Below are positions 50,339-62,754 of a stretch of 64,000 nucleotides of DNA, in pieces. The position numbers were made by a program, and so were the translations under genes. The DNA comes from Octopus sinensis. Its lineage: Eukaryota. The stretch is taken from positions 51,708,001 through 51,772,000 of the forward strand of contig NC_043004.1 in assembly GCF_006345805.1 (NCBI RefSeq), in the 5' to 3' direction. Each line of letters starts with the position of its first letter. The first letter of the stretch is position 1. The notes beneath the pieces are model-generated. The model saw only the letters and a list, made by a program, of their open reading frames with translations, did not search any database and was not told where the DNA came from.

Positions 50339-51317
50339 TAGTAGACTATAAACATTTCCTTTTAATGTGTGTGTGTGTGGTGAGAAGTTTGCCTCCCTAC
50401 CACATGGTTGTGGGTTCAGTCCCTCTGTGTGGCACCTTGGGCAAGTGTCTTCTGCTATAGCCTCGGGCTGACTAAAGCTTTTCGTGTAGATTTGGTTGAC
50501 GGAAACTGAAAGGAAGCCTGTCACATACACATATGTGTGCGTGTGTGCATGTGTTTTTATCACACCACATCTTGACATGGTGTGATAACTGTAAATGAGC
50601 ATCACCATCATCAAGCAGCAGCATTTATTTCCAATTTCCTGCTGTGGAGAAATATTACTTTAAATGGAATGATGTGATGGTTGGTGACAGTAAAAGCATC
50701 AAACCATAGGGAATCTGTCTCAAGATATTTCATCCAACCCATACCAGCACGGAAAAGTAGACGTTAAAATGATGACAATGATGACGGTTGTTTCCTTGGT
50801 TTTATTTCATGTGTTTAACAAAGTTATGAATACGTTTTTCACAAAGTTCAAGCATGTGTAAGTGTTAAATTATATTTTTAAAAACCCATGGCACTTATAG
50901 GCACCTTCTTGTGGTATGTCATTTGAGACCCATTGTAATTAAGGTGTAATTTAAGGGAAATTAGCTGCTACTTCTAGCAGGCTTGAGCAGACTTCATAAA
51001 AGTTTGCACCAAAGTTTAAAATAGCAGCCAAATATCCTTCAAATTACTCCCTGATGTCTTAAAAGAAGATCTCATTAAAGACAAGGATATTCCAACTGCA
51101 ATCTCCATCAAAGGAAATAGTTCTTCAAGGGGTCAAACAGATCCATTGGAATCCGTTGGTATTTCTTCCCCACATCGTACACTTCAGTTAAAGACTCCGT
51201 TTGTTCCAAGAAATACATGAAATTTTCTGTTTGCCTGTTTGTCTGTCTGTGTGTCTTCTCTATTTGTTTTTCCCCTCTGCATTGTTTAATTTTTCTTTTG
51301 CTTCCAATTTTTTATAG

Positions 51318-51485
51318 TCATTCATCAGGCCAGATAATAAGCTTTGGCCAACTGTCGGTAGGATAGATGATGTGTACGGTGACCAGAATCTAGTGTGTTC
51401 GTGTCCACCAATGGAAGTTTATGAATCGCCGTTCATTAAAGAATCAGCCAATGAAACTCTACAACAACGAAGAGCATCCAACTAA
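51318..51485 (+). CDS. GLDC: GLDC terminal coding exon: [44 protein letters not shown]
   Basis: WPT..RIDD.YGD..L.C.CPP motif; TAG acceptor; TAA at 51483-51485. Confidence 0.98.
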   Translation, partial: SFIRPDNKLWPTVGRIDDVYGDQNLVCSCPPMEVYESPFIKESANETLQQRRASN

Positions 51486-52069
51486 GAATTGAAGGAATGA
51501 AGAAATGAAAGAAAACAAATCAATGAAGAAAAAAATTTTTTTTTAAATGTGTCAATATGTGTATATATATATATATATTGTCAGTAGTTCATATATGTGA
51601 AAAAGAAGCACATCTAAAACATTATAGCAGTAATGTATTTTTTTTAGGAAGTTAAAAGATATGGCCAGTTATAGATTGGCTGTTGGTTTTGCCCCTTTAA
51701 AATGCTTAGCATTATAAGTGACTCATCAGACTCAGATACGTCTGACGAGTCACCTATATTGCTAAGTGCTTTATAGGTGTGAAGCCATTGGTCACTCTAT
51801 AACTGGTCATAACTTTTTTAACTTCTTGAAATATATTATAAATACGAAAAGAAAGAGCATTGTAGCTTTTTTTTTAAGTAAAAGTGTGAAGATAAAGAGC
51901 TTCTTACAAATTGAAAAGGAAAAAGTTTAATAACTTTTCAATATTTTAAACATCGTTAGAAGTGATCAGAGCTCAAGAAATGTTAATCCATACAGTAGTG
52001 GCCCAGTTGATTGTTATGGCTGCTTATTTCTGATCATGGGTATTTGTACCTAAAATATATACAAGGGTT

Positions 52070-52075
52070 AATAAA
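52070..52075 (+). terminator. First canonical AATAAA after the GLDC stop (candidate proximal poly(A) signal)
   Basis: No AATAAA was seen between 51486 and 52069. Alternatives: AATAAA 52598-52603, and ATTAAA 52786-52791 followed by a GU-rich tract. Usage is not shown by the sequence. Confidence 0.45.
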
Positions 52076-52356
52076 CTTTTTCCTTTTTACATTGTAAGAA
52101 GCTCTCTGTCTTCATTATTTTACTATTTTACTGCTTCACACACATACATGCATATATATTTTTGCCGCTTTGAGACCGTGACCTGTTCACCGACAAAATT
52201 CCATGCTCATGAAATTTTGTAACACAGTGAACAGGTCCCGGTCTCAAAGCGATGAAAATATTTTGGCAAATCAAATTTAAATGTTGAAGAGAATCTAATG
52301 GTTTTTGCGTGATTTTAAATGGTTTATACACACCTTCCATGCTGCAATTGATTTTG

Positions 52357-52421
<65 letters not shown>

Positions 52422-54399
52422 GAAAAGTATATGCGCATGAAACAGCTTTAGATTAAAATAACAGTGTGTATAACATTTATAATATGTATACAAACGTGGA
52501 TTGGCACTGGCTGGAATTGTCTCAGAGAATCTTCTCAAAGAGTACTGTGTTTTTTTGTTTTTAACATAAATCTCTTTGAGAAGTTTCTCTGTGGCAAAAT
52601 AAAAATTTCAGTTAGAGCTGTTCAATGTTTGTATATACATAAATGTTATACACACCAGTGTGTGGGTGTGAAAATGTATTTTTTGATGTTGTATAAAATA
52701 TGTGTGTGTGTGTTTATTCTTTTGTATGTGCAAATGAAAAGAAAACAATTTCACTCAATACAAATATTAGAGTTTATTTTTATTAATTAAATTTTAGGCA
52801 TTTGCTCTGTTGTGTCTGTAAGGGTCAGGGTTGTTTCAGCAGATCTTTTATGATGTGTTGGAAACCAAGAAAATTTGAAATAGCAAAACAAACTTCAAAT
52901 GAGTGAAACTGCTAGTCAAAACTTAAGTGCAGATGGTGCTACTGTATTTTGTCTCCGAATGCAAAAGTCTTTAATGTTTCACCAGGTGGTGAAGTAGTGG
53001 TTTCTATCCCTTCTACCATGATATCAGAGCTACCCTGGCTTACCCCTGTTGGGGGTCCACCACTGATGTAGGTGACAAGACTCCTGCTGCACAACAGTAC
53101 AAAATGAGTTGAATCCAATAATGTAATAGGTGTGTGTACAGGTGTGCAATGAAAATGCATGAACACGCTCGGCTGCATCATAGAATTCCAGTTGAATTTT
53201 TACTTTCCTCCATTATTGCTTATCCCAGTTCTAATTACACTATTTTTTCATCCATTTAAAGTTTTTTTTGGGATGTACTGTAAAAAAAAAAAAGTTGTAA
53301 TGAGAAAAGGATAATTCTAATTTTCAACAGTCATTTGTCTAAAAAGATAAGACCACAGTTAAGGCTTTAATGAATTTAACCGATGTCTAAGAGATATGAG
53401 GTCGCATTTAAAAAGACTTCTAAAAGTTGTCTGAAAATAAATTTAAAGGCTGCTTATCAGAGGCAGCTAGAAATGGTTTCTAGTCACCACTTCCAGTTGC
53501 AGTTCATCCTGGAGTGGTAGACCAAACTGATCACTCAGTACATACCTGTTACTTGACATCAGTTGACGAAAACTTATATATTTTGTAAAACCAGATTTAA
53601 ATGTTTTGAAGTCATGATGTCAAATTCAAAGGTCTCTTCATGGCTTGAAAGATCATTGCTTAAAATTGGCTGAACCTGTTGAAAGAATACTTGTAATACA
53701 AATATGACACTGATTTTCCAGAATCTTTGGTTTCAAAGCCATTCTGGGTTACTGATTTTTTGGAACCAGGGGTTCTAAATTTGCTTAAAAAGTTGAATGA
53801 AATATATTAGTACAAATAATATAAGTTTATTAATACTGTACTGTGTCAGGTACCAGTAAACTAGTTTGATGACCATTGGAATTTGAAGTGCCTTCTTGTA
53901 AATTAGCATGGATTGTAGACAATTCCAGACCTTCAGTGTCCAGAAACTCAGTGTTGTACTTGATACTTGTATCTCTTTTAATGGTTGTTATTGGCTTGAC
54001 TAATTTTTTGTGAGTTTTTAAGACAGACTCTAAACTTTGATTCAATCTAAATGTGCTGACAGGAAACATAACTGAAGATTTAGATATAAATCTTAATTTT
54101 ACATGCATTTGTCAACCAATTATGAGAATGGATTTAAAATATACAGCATGGAAATTTGACAAATTTCATCTCAAATTATTTTTCCTCCTAAATTTTCCTA
54201 TGAAATGGCTAATACTAAGCTTTTATAATAGTTTGAATGGCATGAAAGTTGTTGGTAAAAATAGTTATACTCTATATTTTTTAACAAATGACTCTTGCCT
54301 TTATAACATATAATCACTGCAACATATATGAAACAAATGACTAAGATATAGACACAATCTATATCATCAAATACAAGATGTCAGATTTTCAATAAAAAC

Positions 54400-55170
54400 A
54401 AAAGTGGAAAGCATAACCAAGTTGTTATCATTTAATTTGAGAATTCTTTTTTTCTTTTTTTTTTCTGAACAAATATTGTTTTATTTTTAATAAAATTATG
54501 CTCCTTTTGATGTGTTGGGGTATTGTTGCCTTCCAGTCCTAGTATGGCTAATTAACTAAGTGGTTTTCTTCTTATGTGTTGGTAATTGGCATATCTTTCT
54601 GTTTTTTTCAATCATTTTCACATTGTCCAGTATATTTTTTCTTTTAAGTTTCATTATTTTGTAGCACTGAGCTGACCTCAGCTTCATAAATCTCTGCCAG
54701 TGCATGCCTGGTTGAGTGGGTCAGTGTCTGGATCTCAACAGTTATATCTTGGGGTAGGAATCTGGAGTGACTTACATGTAATTATATTTTTCATATTGGG
54801 GCAGAAACTGTAAGAAACTTGAACATCTATTAACCATTTTATTATAACTGTGGCTATCTGGGAAATGCTTATCTATCAAGGCAAGGAACTTTTTGCCTAT
54901 GTTCATTTTAACATTCAAAGACAAAGAGGTGAACCATATACTCTTTCTAAAAGGTAGGGGTTTGCATTACCTTCTCTTTGATGCCACCCTTAGCCAAGGC
55001 TTTATTATAGTAGGAGACTACCTTATTGAATATTTCCTTAGAGGAGACATGACTTAAGCTGAGCTTATCTCAGTTTTACAAAATAATGAAACTCAAAAGA
55101 AAATGTATATTGGACTATGTGAAAGCAATTTCAAAATGAGATTATAATAATCACTAGTCTTCTTTCTGAC
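54400..55170. mobile_element. Two decayed Penelope-like GIY-YIG fragments in opposite orientation
   Basis: Plus 55055-55165 reads AELISVLQNNETQKKMYIGLCESNFKMRLYNH*SSF; minus 54600-54750 reads NC*DPD..PLN..C..YEAEVSSVLQNNET*KKKYTG.CE. The two align at roughly three-quarters identity by eye. Confidence 0.7.
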
Positions 55171-56618
55171 ATGTAGCAAGCCATATCTGGTACCTGAAGG
55201 CCAGCAATGTCCCACCACATCATCAAGTGGAACGTCATAGAATGATCCCCACCATACATTAATGGGTAAAAAATGTATGGGCCTTGTATAGCCAAAAGAA
55301 CTTATATCCTTTCTAAATCCAAATATTCCACTGATCTACTGAATTCTGGATCCAAAATTGGCATCATGATCAAACTAAAGAACACCACCCTCTCTAGATT
55401 AAGTGTACAGTCTCACAAACTTTAACTCTCCCTGGTTGATTTAACCACATATCTCCCCTCCATACATTTTTTTTTACTTGATCCCTTTCTTCATTTTCCT
55501 CTTGCTCTTTCTCATTTTTCCCTAAGAGAGCAGGCATGTTGTATTCTGAGCCTGTAAAATTGCTCAGTAGAACATGACACTGTACAGCTTTGTTGAACTT
55601 TTGTATTGTGAGAGGAAGAAAACTTATAGCAGCTCATATTTAAATCTTGTACTCTTTTACTCTTTTACTTGTTTCAGTCATTTGACTGTGGCCATGCTGG
55701 AGCACCGCCTTTAGTCGAGCACATCGAACCCGGGACTTATTCTTTGTAAGCCCAGTACTTATTCTATCAGTCTCTTTTGCCGAATTGCTAAGTGACGGAG
55801 ACGTAAACACACCAGCATCGGTTGTCAAACAATGCTAGGGGGACAAACACAGACACTCGAACACATACATACATAGGAGTGGCTGTGTGGTAAGTAGCTT
55901 GTTTACGAACCACATGGTTCCGGGTTCAGTCCCACTGCGTAGACAGATAAAACATCAAAGGCACTTAAGTCTTTCTCTTAATATGTGAGATTTCTAAGGT
56001 GGTGAGCTGGCAGAATTGTTAGTACTCTGGATTGAATGAGTTCAAATTCTGCTGAGGTCGACTTTGCTTGCATCCTTTTGGGGTCGATGAAATAAGTACC
56101 AGTTACGCACTGGGATCAATGAAATTGACTCCCCAACTCCCCCAAATTTCAGGCCTTATGCCTTTGGTAGAAAAGAACATGTGAGATTTCTTTGCTGTAA
56201 ATATCTAAAAAATGTTAAGAACCCCTTCGGTCCTGAATGGTCATAGGATAACACCTGGAACGTTACCCTCTGAGGCACAAGTCCCACCAAGGTTGTTTAT
56301 AGAAGACCAGCAGTCGCCCATGCATACCAGCCTCCCCTCCTTTCCATGCTACTGCTGTTATCCAAGGGAAAGGCAAAGGGGCCGATACAGCTTGGCACCA
56401 GTGAACTGGAGCAATGTGAAATAAGATGTCTTGCTCAAGAACACAACACACAGTTGGTCCAGGAATCGAACTCACTACCTCATGATTGTGAGACCAACGC
56501 TATAACCACTGAGCCTTTAAATATATACTAATTCAAGATTTGAACTCCATTAATAAAACAAATAAAGGGAGGTAACTGTAACTTGTCAATGAAAAGTGAA
56601 TTTCTTTTGTTTGACATA

Positions 56619-56905
56619 TCTTTATATATAAAAGTGAAGTTGTGCGTCTGTCTTTTACGATTTAGATTCCTAACTACTCCCACATTTTGCGGTGCAGTGT
56701 AACCAAAAGCAGGTATCTTATAGTCGTGATTCATATGGAGCCCTTCTGGGTATTAGCGCGCGTCTACGATTTAAAAAAAAATTTACCATCATATTTTCCC
56801 ATTTTTAATGCATTTTTTGCAATTATATAAGGGAAGTAACTCTCTAAAAATGCTTATATAGTTATTTCCCTTACAAACCCGAGCAACGCCGGGCGATAGT
56901 GCTAG
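56619..56905 (+). mobile_element. Helitron-like element H1, internally deleted copy
   Basis: Same termini and body as 18400-18799 but lacking about 18655-18745. Confidence 0.85.
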
Positions 56906-57257
56906 TTGCAAATAAATAACGGAGTGAACTTCATTTGACTCTTTACTTATTCAAAGTATAGTTTCCAGACTTTTCATATGTTCTGAGTAATATAGAGCCT
57001 TTCCGTCCATGAGTCCCAAGTTATTCTGGTGGTTGAAAATATGTGGGAATCAGTATCATATATGATGCATTTATGCCAGCAAAATATGTCCAGTGTATCA
57101 CATGTAATACACAGGACGGACAAAGGGTTGTTCCTTGTTTCGTTTTATTTCCTAGCAATGTTTCGATATCTGTGAAATCTGACCCCCAAAATGGAGAATT
57201 CTCAAAATGGTAAACGAGTTGGTTGATTACTTTGTGATTGCTAAAATACAGATTATT

Positions 57258-57649
57258 GGATGGGATGGAAGCACTCCGTCGGTTACGACGACGAGGGTTC
57301 CGGTTGATCCGAATCAACAGAACAGCCTGCTCGTGAAATTAACGTGCAAGTGGCTGAGCACTCCACAGACACGTGTACCCTTAATGTAGTTCTCGGGGAT
57401 ATTCAGCGTAACACAGAGAGCGACAAGGCCGGCCCTTTGAAATACAGGTACAACAGAAACAGGAAGTAAGAGTGAGAGAAAGTTGTGGTGAAAGAGTACA
57501 GCAGGGATCACCACCATCCCCTGCCGGAGCCTCGTGGAGCTTTAGGTGTTTTCGCTCAATAAACACTCACAACGCCCGGTCTGGGAATCGAAACCGCGAT
57601 CCTATGATCGCGAGTCCGCTGCCCTATCCACTGGGCCATTGCGCCTCCA
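57258..57649 (-). mobile_element. SINE family D copy
   Basis: Reverse complement of 47904-48288; flanking duplication CAGATTATT. Confidence 0.9.
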
Positions 57650-58715
57650 GATTATTAAGCGCTTACAGATTATTAAGTTACTACGAAAGGAACATATCGG
57701 AGTTACGATTATGGTTCAGGTTTAAGCTCAAGGAAAGGTTACAGGTTTAGGATTTGGGTTATAATATAGGCCAGTCATAGGTAAACTGTGGTCTATCTGA
57801 TGCCACCTATTCCTCGAAAATGGTTGCCCATACTTGATTGAAGGTTTTGAGTTAGGTTTATGATTATGTCACTGAAATTTAATATTTTTTAATTATTCAT
57901 TCTTAAAATTTTCTCTTTTAAATAGAGAGTAGGGTTAGCTGCCATTTCATAATAATAGACTATATGTTTTGTGTTTTTGTAAAGGCTATCATTCCAGCCA
58001 TAAGCATCCCAAATTTTTTCTGTTTTTTTTTTCTTTTTCCTACAATCCAGAACCCTTTCTCAGGACCTTGTTCCCACCCCTCTTTTTTTTTTTTTTTCTT
58101 TCTAATAATACATATTTTTGCCTCCACAAAGGATTCAACCATTTATTTTCCATTTTGAACATTTTCTGTTTCAGAGTTTGAAAAGCCAGATGTCCCCTGG
58201 TTTTAACCCTATCTTTTTACATGTGTGTGTATGAGGGAAATAATTGATCTGGGTAAATCGATCTTCTTCGTATGTTCAGTCATTTTCAGCTGTCTAGTAA
58301 GGCATGACTTGAGTCTTTTCCTGAAATGTTAACTGGTATACACCCAACTCCCAATTGCTATGGAGAGGAGATTGCCATTAAGCATAAGAGTAGGTCTGAA
58401 CTCACAACATCAAAGAATGAAGTACTTATTTTGGGGAGGGTATCTTGGATGAAAAGGTATTTATGAACTGCATGTGATATTTCAAAATCTTGAAGTTGGT
58501 AACTTCGGTTAACAGAGAAATGCCTTTAAAACAGTTGTGGGGCAAAGACTATTCATTCCATGGCCAGCCCCTCTGGAAAGGAAATGGTTGCCTTTCTGAG
58601 ATTATCTGGAGTAAAAGACTAGTTTTAATCCTTTAGCATTCAGACTGCCCAGTCAAGTGTAAAATTTATTCATATTGTTTTGAATAAACTATGCATTATC
58701 TTACATTATCATATC

Positions 58716-59815
58716 ATTCATCATCATCATCATTGTTCAATGGAATTTACCATGCTACGCCAGACTTCACGGTCCATCATAGCATTACGGAGGTCCTGTT
58801 GCTGGATGCCTGTATCCCTGGAGATTACATCAGGGTAGGAGAGTGTGCGCCCTCTGGTGTTGCGAGTAGATGGCTTCCAGAGGAGAAGAGTAGAAATTGC
58901 CTCGTTTTCAGCTCTACAACAATGTCCAGCAAACTGGACTCTCCTACCTTTCACAAGAGATGACACAGGTGGTAGTTTCCCATATATTTGCATTTTGGTT
59001 GGATGACGCTTCCATGAGAGATTTTGAGCACTCATAAGGAGGCGAGTGTAGGTTCCATCCAACCGCATCTCAAGCTTCTTTGATAACGTCCAGGTTTCTG
59101 AGCCATATAGTAGAATTGGTTCAACTGTGGCTTTGAAGATTTCAAGTTTGAAGTCTCTACTTAGATTTGATGACCAGATCTTATGCATGTCATTACAGGC
59201 TGACCAGGCCATACCCTTTCTAGTTAGAAAATCTTTTCCAGATGATATGTATGACCCAAGATATTTGTAATCAGAAACCATATTTAAGGGCGCATTGTTG
59301 AGAGTATGGATGATGCAATCACTGTTGGACAGGCACTTGTTTATATATTCAGTCTTGGCCTCATTGAGATAAAGACCTACACAATTTGAGGCTTGTTCGA
59401 GAGATTGTAAAAGAGATTGGGCATTGGAGAGAGAATCACTGATAAGAGCAATGTCTTCAGCAAAGTCAGTGTCTGTTAAGTATTCAGCTGGGTGTCTGGA
59501 ACTTCTTCTAGGTTTTATTTCAAAGCCCTTGCCAGAAATGGTATCAACTGACATACGTAGCACATAGTCAACGACAATGACGAAGAGAAATGGGGCGAGT
59601 GTATCTCCCTGCAGTATTTCGGCTTTGATTGAGAAAGATGATGTTTCTCTGTCAGGGGTTAGGATGGTTGAAGACGTATCTGTGTAGAGGACCTTGATGG
59701 CAGAAATGATTTTGTCTGGTATCCCATAGAGCTTAAGGATTTCAAACATCTTGTACCTATCTACAGAGTCAAACGCTTTAGAAAAGTCTACAAACACCAT
59801 CGCAATGGTTTTCAT
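58716..59815 (-). mobile_element. 5'-truncated RTE-clade LINE, uninterrupted 361-aa RT frame
   Basis: FVDFSKAFDSV..QGDTLAPFLF..FAED..YKYLGS..LLYGSETW..FAGHC..; (ATG)n tail at 58716-58733. Confidence 0.95.
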
Positions 59816-61552
59816 GAAGTTTGGATGTTGACTGATATTCGTGCATCTGTAGCTTTTGTGATTACCTGAAGGGTGGGGCTAGTATGTGGAAGCTGTTTGA
59901 GAATCACTTGTTTAAATTTGATGGTTGAAGTCCTTCAGAACTGCTTCTGGTGTAAATGTTACAAGTTGCCTGGAATACAGCTCTGCTCACTTCTTGTGTC
60001 TAGTTGGGTGTTTTGTGAAAGCATGAATTTGAAGTTTACATTATAATAAATGTTAAAAATCTGCATTGGAAAGATAGTCTTTGATAGTCTGCAGAAAGAT
60101 AATCTTTGATCACTACATGTTAGTTAGTTAGTTAATTTTTTGGCTCAAAAAGCAAAAAGCAAGGCCATGTAGGGAGACATGGAGTTATGTATAGGGTGGT
60201 GTTCATGTAAAGAGTTCAGGCCACTTTAGGTCAAGGGAGACTTTGAACCAAGCGGTCATCGGCATCTTCACCATCTCCTTCAATTGAGATGTGTGTGTGG
60301 GGGGTGATTACAGGTCAAGAATTGAACTTCATAGCTACTTCAGATGTTCTTCTCTCATACTTCTCTGCAGGCTTTCTCCATAGACAGCAAGACTGACAGA
60401 TCTTGTCGATGAAGGGCCACATTTTCCAAAGGTGACAGAGGAGTGATTTGAAGAAAATTTAGTTGGTATACTTATCAGGTTGAGCATCCACATAGAGGCA
60501 TTCCCTTGTTAGTTTGAAGTAAACTTTACCACTGTTGTTGTAAAGTCCCAGATCAGCTGCAGCTGAATAAATCTAAGATGAAAGATGTTCTAATCACAAC
60601 AATCTCATTGCTTGTCAATCAGAAGTTATATTGTTCAATAAAATTATTGTTTAAGATAGTAGATTCTCTTTTTCTCTTTTCTCTTTTACTTGTTTCAGTC
60701 ATTTGACTGCGGCCATGCTGGAGCACCGCCTTTAATCGAGCAACTCGACCCCGGGACTTATTCTTTTGTAAGCCCAGTACTTATTCTATCGGTCTCTTTT
60801 GCCGAACCGCTAAGTAACGGGGACATAAACAAACCAGCATCGGTTGTCAAGCAATGCTAGAGGGACAAACACAGACACACAAACACACACACGCATATAT
60901 ATATGCATATATACGACGGGCTTCTTTCAGTTTTCATCTACCAAATCCACTCACAAGGCTTTGGTCGGCCCGAGGCTATAGTAGAAGACACTTGCCCAAG
61001 ATGCCACGCAGTGGGACTGAACCCGGAACCATGTGGCTGGTAAACAAGCTACTTACCACACAGCCACTCCTACGAGGGATTTAGCCACAATATTCAGCAG
61101 ATTCAGCACTTGTGTGTCAGCTCTTGATTGAACAATCGAGGCCAAGTGATTAGAGTTCCACTCACGATTGCAAGATCAAGGTTTCAATTTCAAGACTGGT
61201 TATTTGTGTTGAAATCTATTCTTGAATAAAACGCATCATTTCGTTTTGCTCCAGTCCACACAGCTGTGAATGAGTAACCCTACGGTTGACTGGCATCCCG
61301 TTCAAGGTGAGGGCTGAGATCTCAGTCACTTATATGTCATGGAAACCAAATAAAAGACTCTACAAATTATAGAACTTGAGACAGTAATTTCCAGGGGATA
61401 ATTAACTAACTCAGTTGCTTCCCAACCACACGGCTTTGGGTTCAGTCCTACTGTATTGTACTTTGAGCAAGTTTCTTCTAATATAAACCCAGGCCCTCCA
61501 ATGCATTGTGAGTGGAATTGGCAGACAGCCACTAAAGGAAGCCTATTGTATA

Positions 61553-62669
61553 TGTGGTCTGATCAATAAGTATCTGGAGTGTTGCTATAGTAACGAAGCT
61601 AAAGCACACAGAGTGAAATTGCTCAGCAAAGATTGGCCTTGAACTCTACTGTGCATGTGCACTAAGTTTTAACAGTGTAGCTCACTTCTGCTGTTTACAG
61701 CAGTGCTTGGAAGGAAGGTGTGTAACGTGTGATCATCACATTGACCATGACAGAGAAAGTTGAGCAGAGAATCTGCACCAAATTTTGCCAAAAGCTTGAC
61801 AATACCTGTTCAGAGGTCTATGCAAAGTTGTAGAAAGTGTACAGAGAGGAGTGTATGAGTAGTTCAGATGTTGCCAAGATGGCCAAAAAAGCGGCGAGCT
61901 GGCAGAATTGTTAGCATGCGGGACAAAATTCTTAGCGGTATTTCATCTGCCGCTACGCTCTGAGTTAAAATTCCACCAAGGTCGACTTAGCCTTTCATCT
62001 TTTCGGGGTCGATTAAATAAGTACCAGTTACGCACTGGGGTCGATGTAATCAGCGCTTAATCCCTTTGTTTGTCCCCTCTGTGTTTCGCCTCTTCTGGGC
62101 AATTAAGAAATAAGATGGCCAAAACAGCAGCAGAACTGAGTTTAAGCAATGTGAAGACATTGTTGACTGTTTTCTTTGACGGTAAGGGGATTGTTCATCA
62201 TGAGTATGCTCCAGCTGGTCGGACAGTAAACAAGGAGTACTACCGTGACATTTTGCAGCATGGTATTCATCAGAAAAGGCCCCCAGTTGCATGCATCTGA
62301 TGAGTGGCAATTGCACCCTGATAATGAACCTGCCCATTCAGCGCAGCTTGTTAGGCACTGCATTTCCCCAGCCCCAACAGCCACCATATTCCCCAGCTCT
62401 TGTCCCTTGTAACTTTTCCCTCTTTTCAAAAATCAAATCCCACTCGAAAGGAAAAAATTTCAGGACCTTGAGGAAATCAAAGTGAAGGTGACAAGGCTGC
62501 TGCTGATTATCCCAGAAAACGAGTTCCAAGAATGCTTCCATCAATGGAAACAGTCCTGGATTAAGTGTGTGGCTTCTGAAGGGGACTACTTTGAAGGAGA
62601 TTAAATACCAAATTGGTAAGTAGTTTTGTTTTTATAGCACCAGTCTGAATACTTATTGATCAGACCTCG
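61553..62669 (+). mobile_element. Internally deleted mariner transposon with a nested SINE
   Basis: About 29-bp TIRs (..GGTCTGATCAATAAGTA..), TA on both sides; MTEKVEQRICTKF..TVFFDGKGIVHHEY..PPYSP..C.F.LF..CVASEGDYFEGD*. Confidence 0.93.
61889..62111 (+). mobile_element. SINE B2 inserted in the mariner transposase
   Basis: 13-bp TSD AAGATGGCCAAAA at 61876-88 and 62112-24. Confidence 0.92.
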
Positions 62670-62697
62670 TATATCTTTATCTATCTCTATGTATATG

Positions 62698-62754
<57 letters not shown>

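Noticed and set aside
52028-52066. Hammerhead-like CTGATCA-GGGTA/TACCT-AAAA in hairpin 2
   Set aside because: Several core mismatches and no helix I; indistinguishable from chance.
52939-54108. Minus-strand ORFs 52939-53181 and 53830-54108 as a convergent neighbouring gene
   Set aside because: No recognisable motif and no consistent exon chain. It cannot be excluded without RNA-seq or BLASTX.
60120-60660. Possible additional LINE 3' end after (TAGT)n
   Set aside because: No translated motif that I could assign with confidence.
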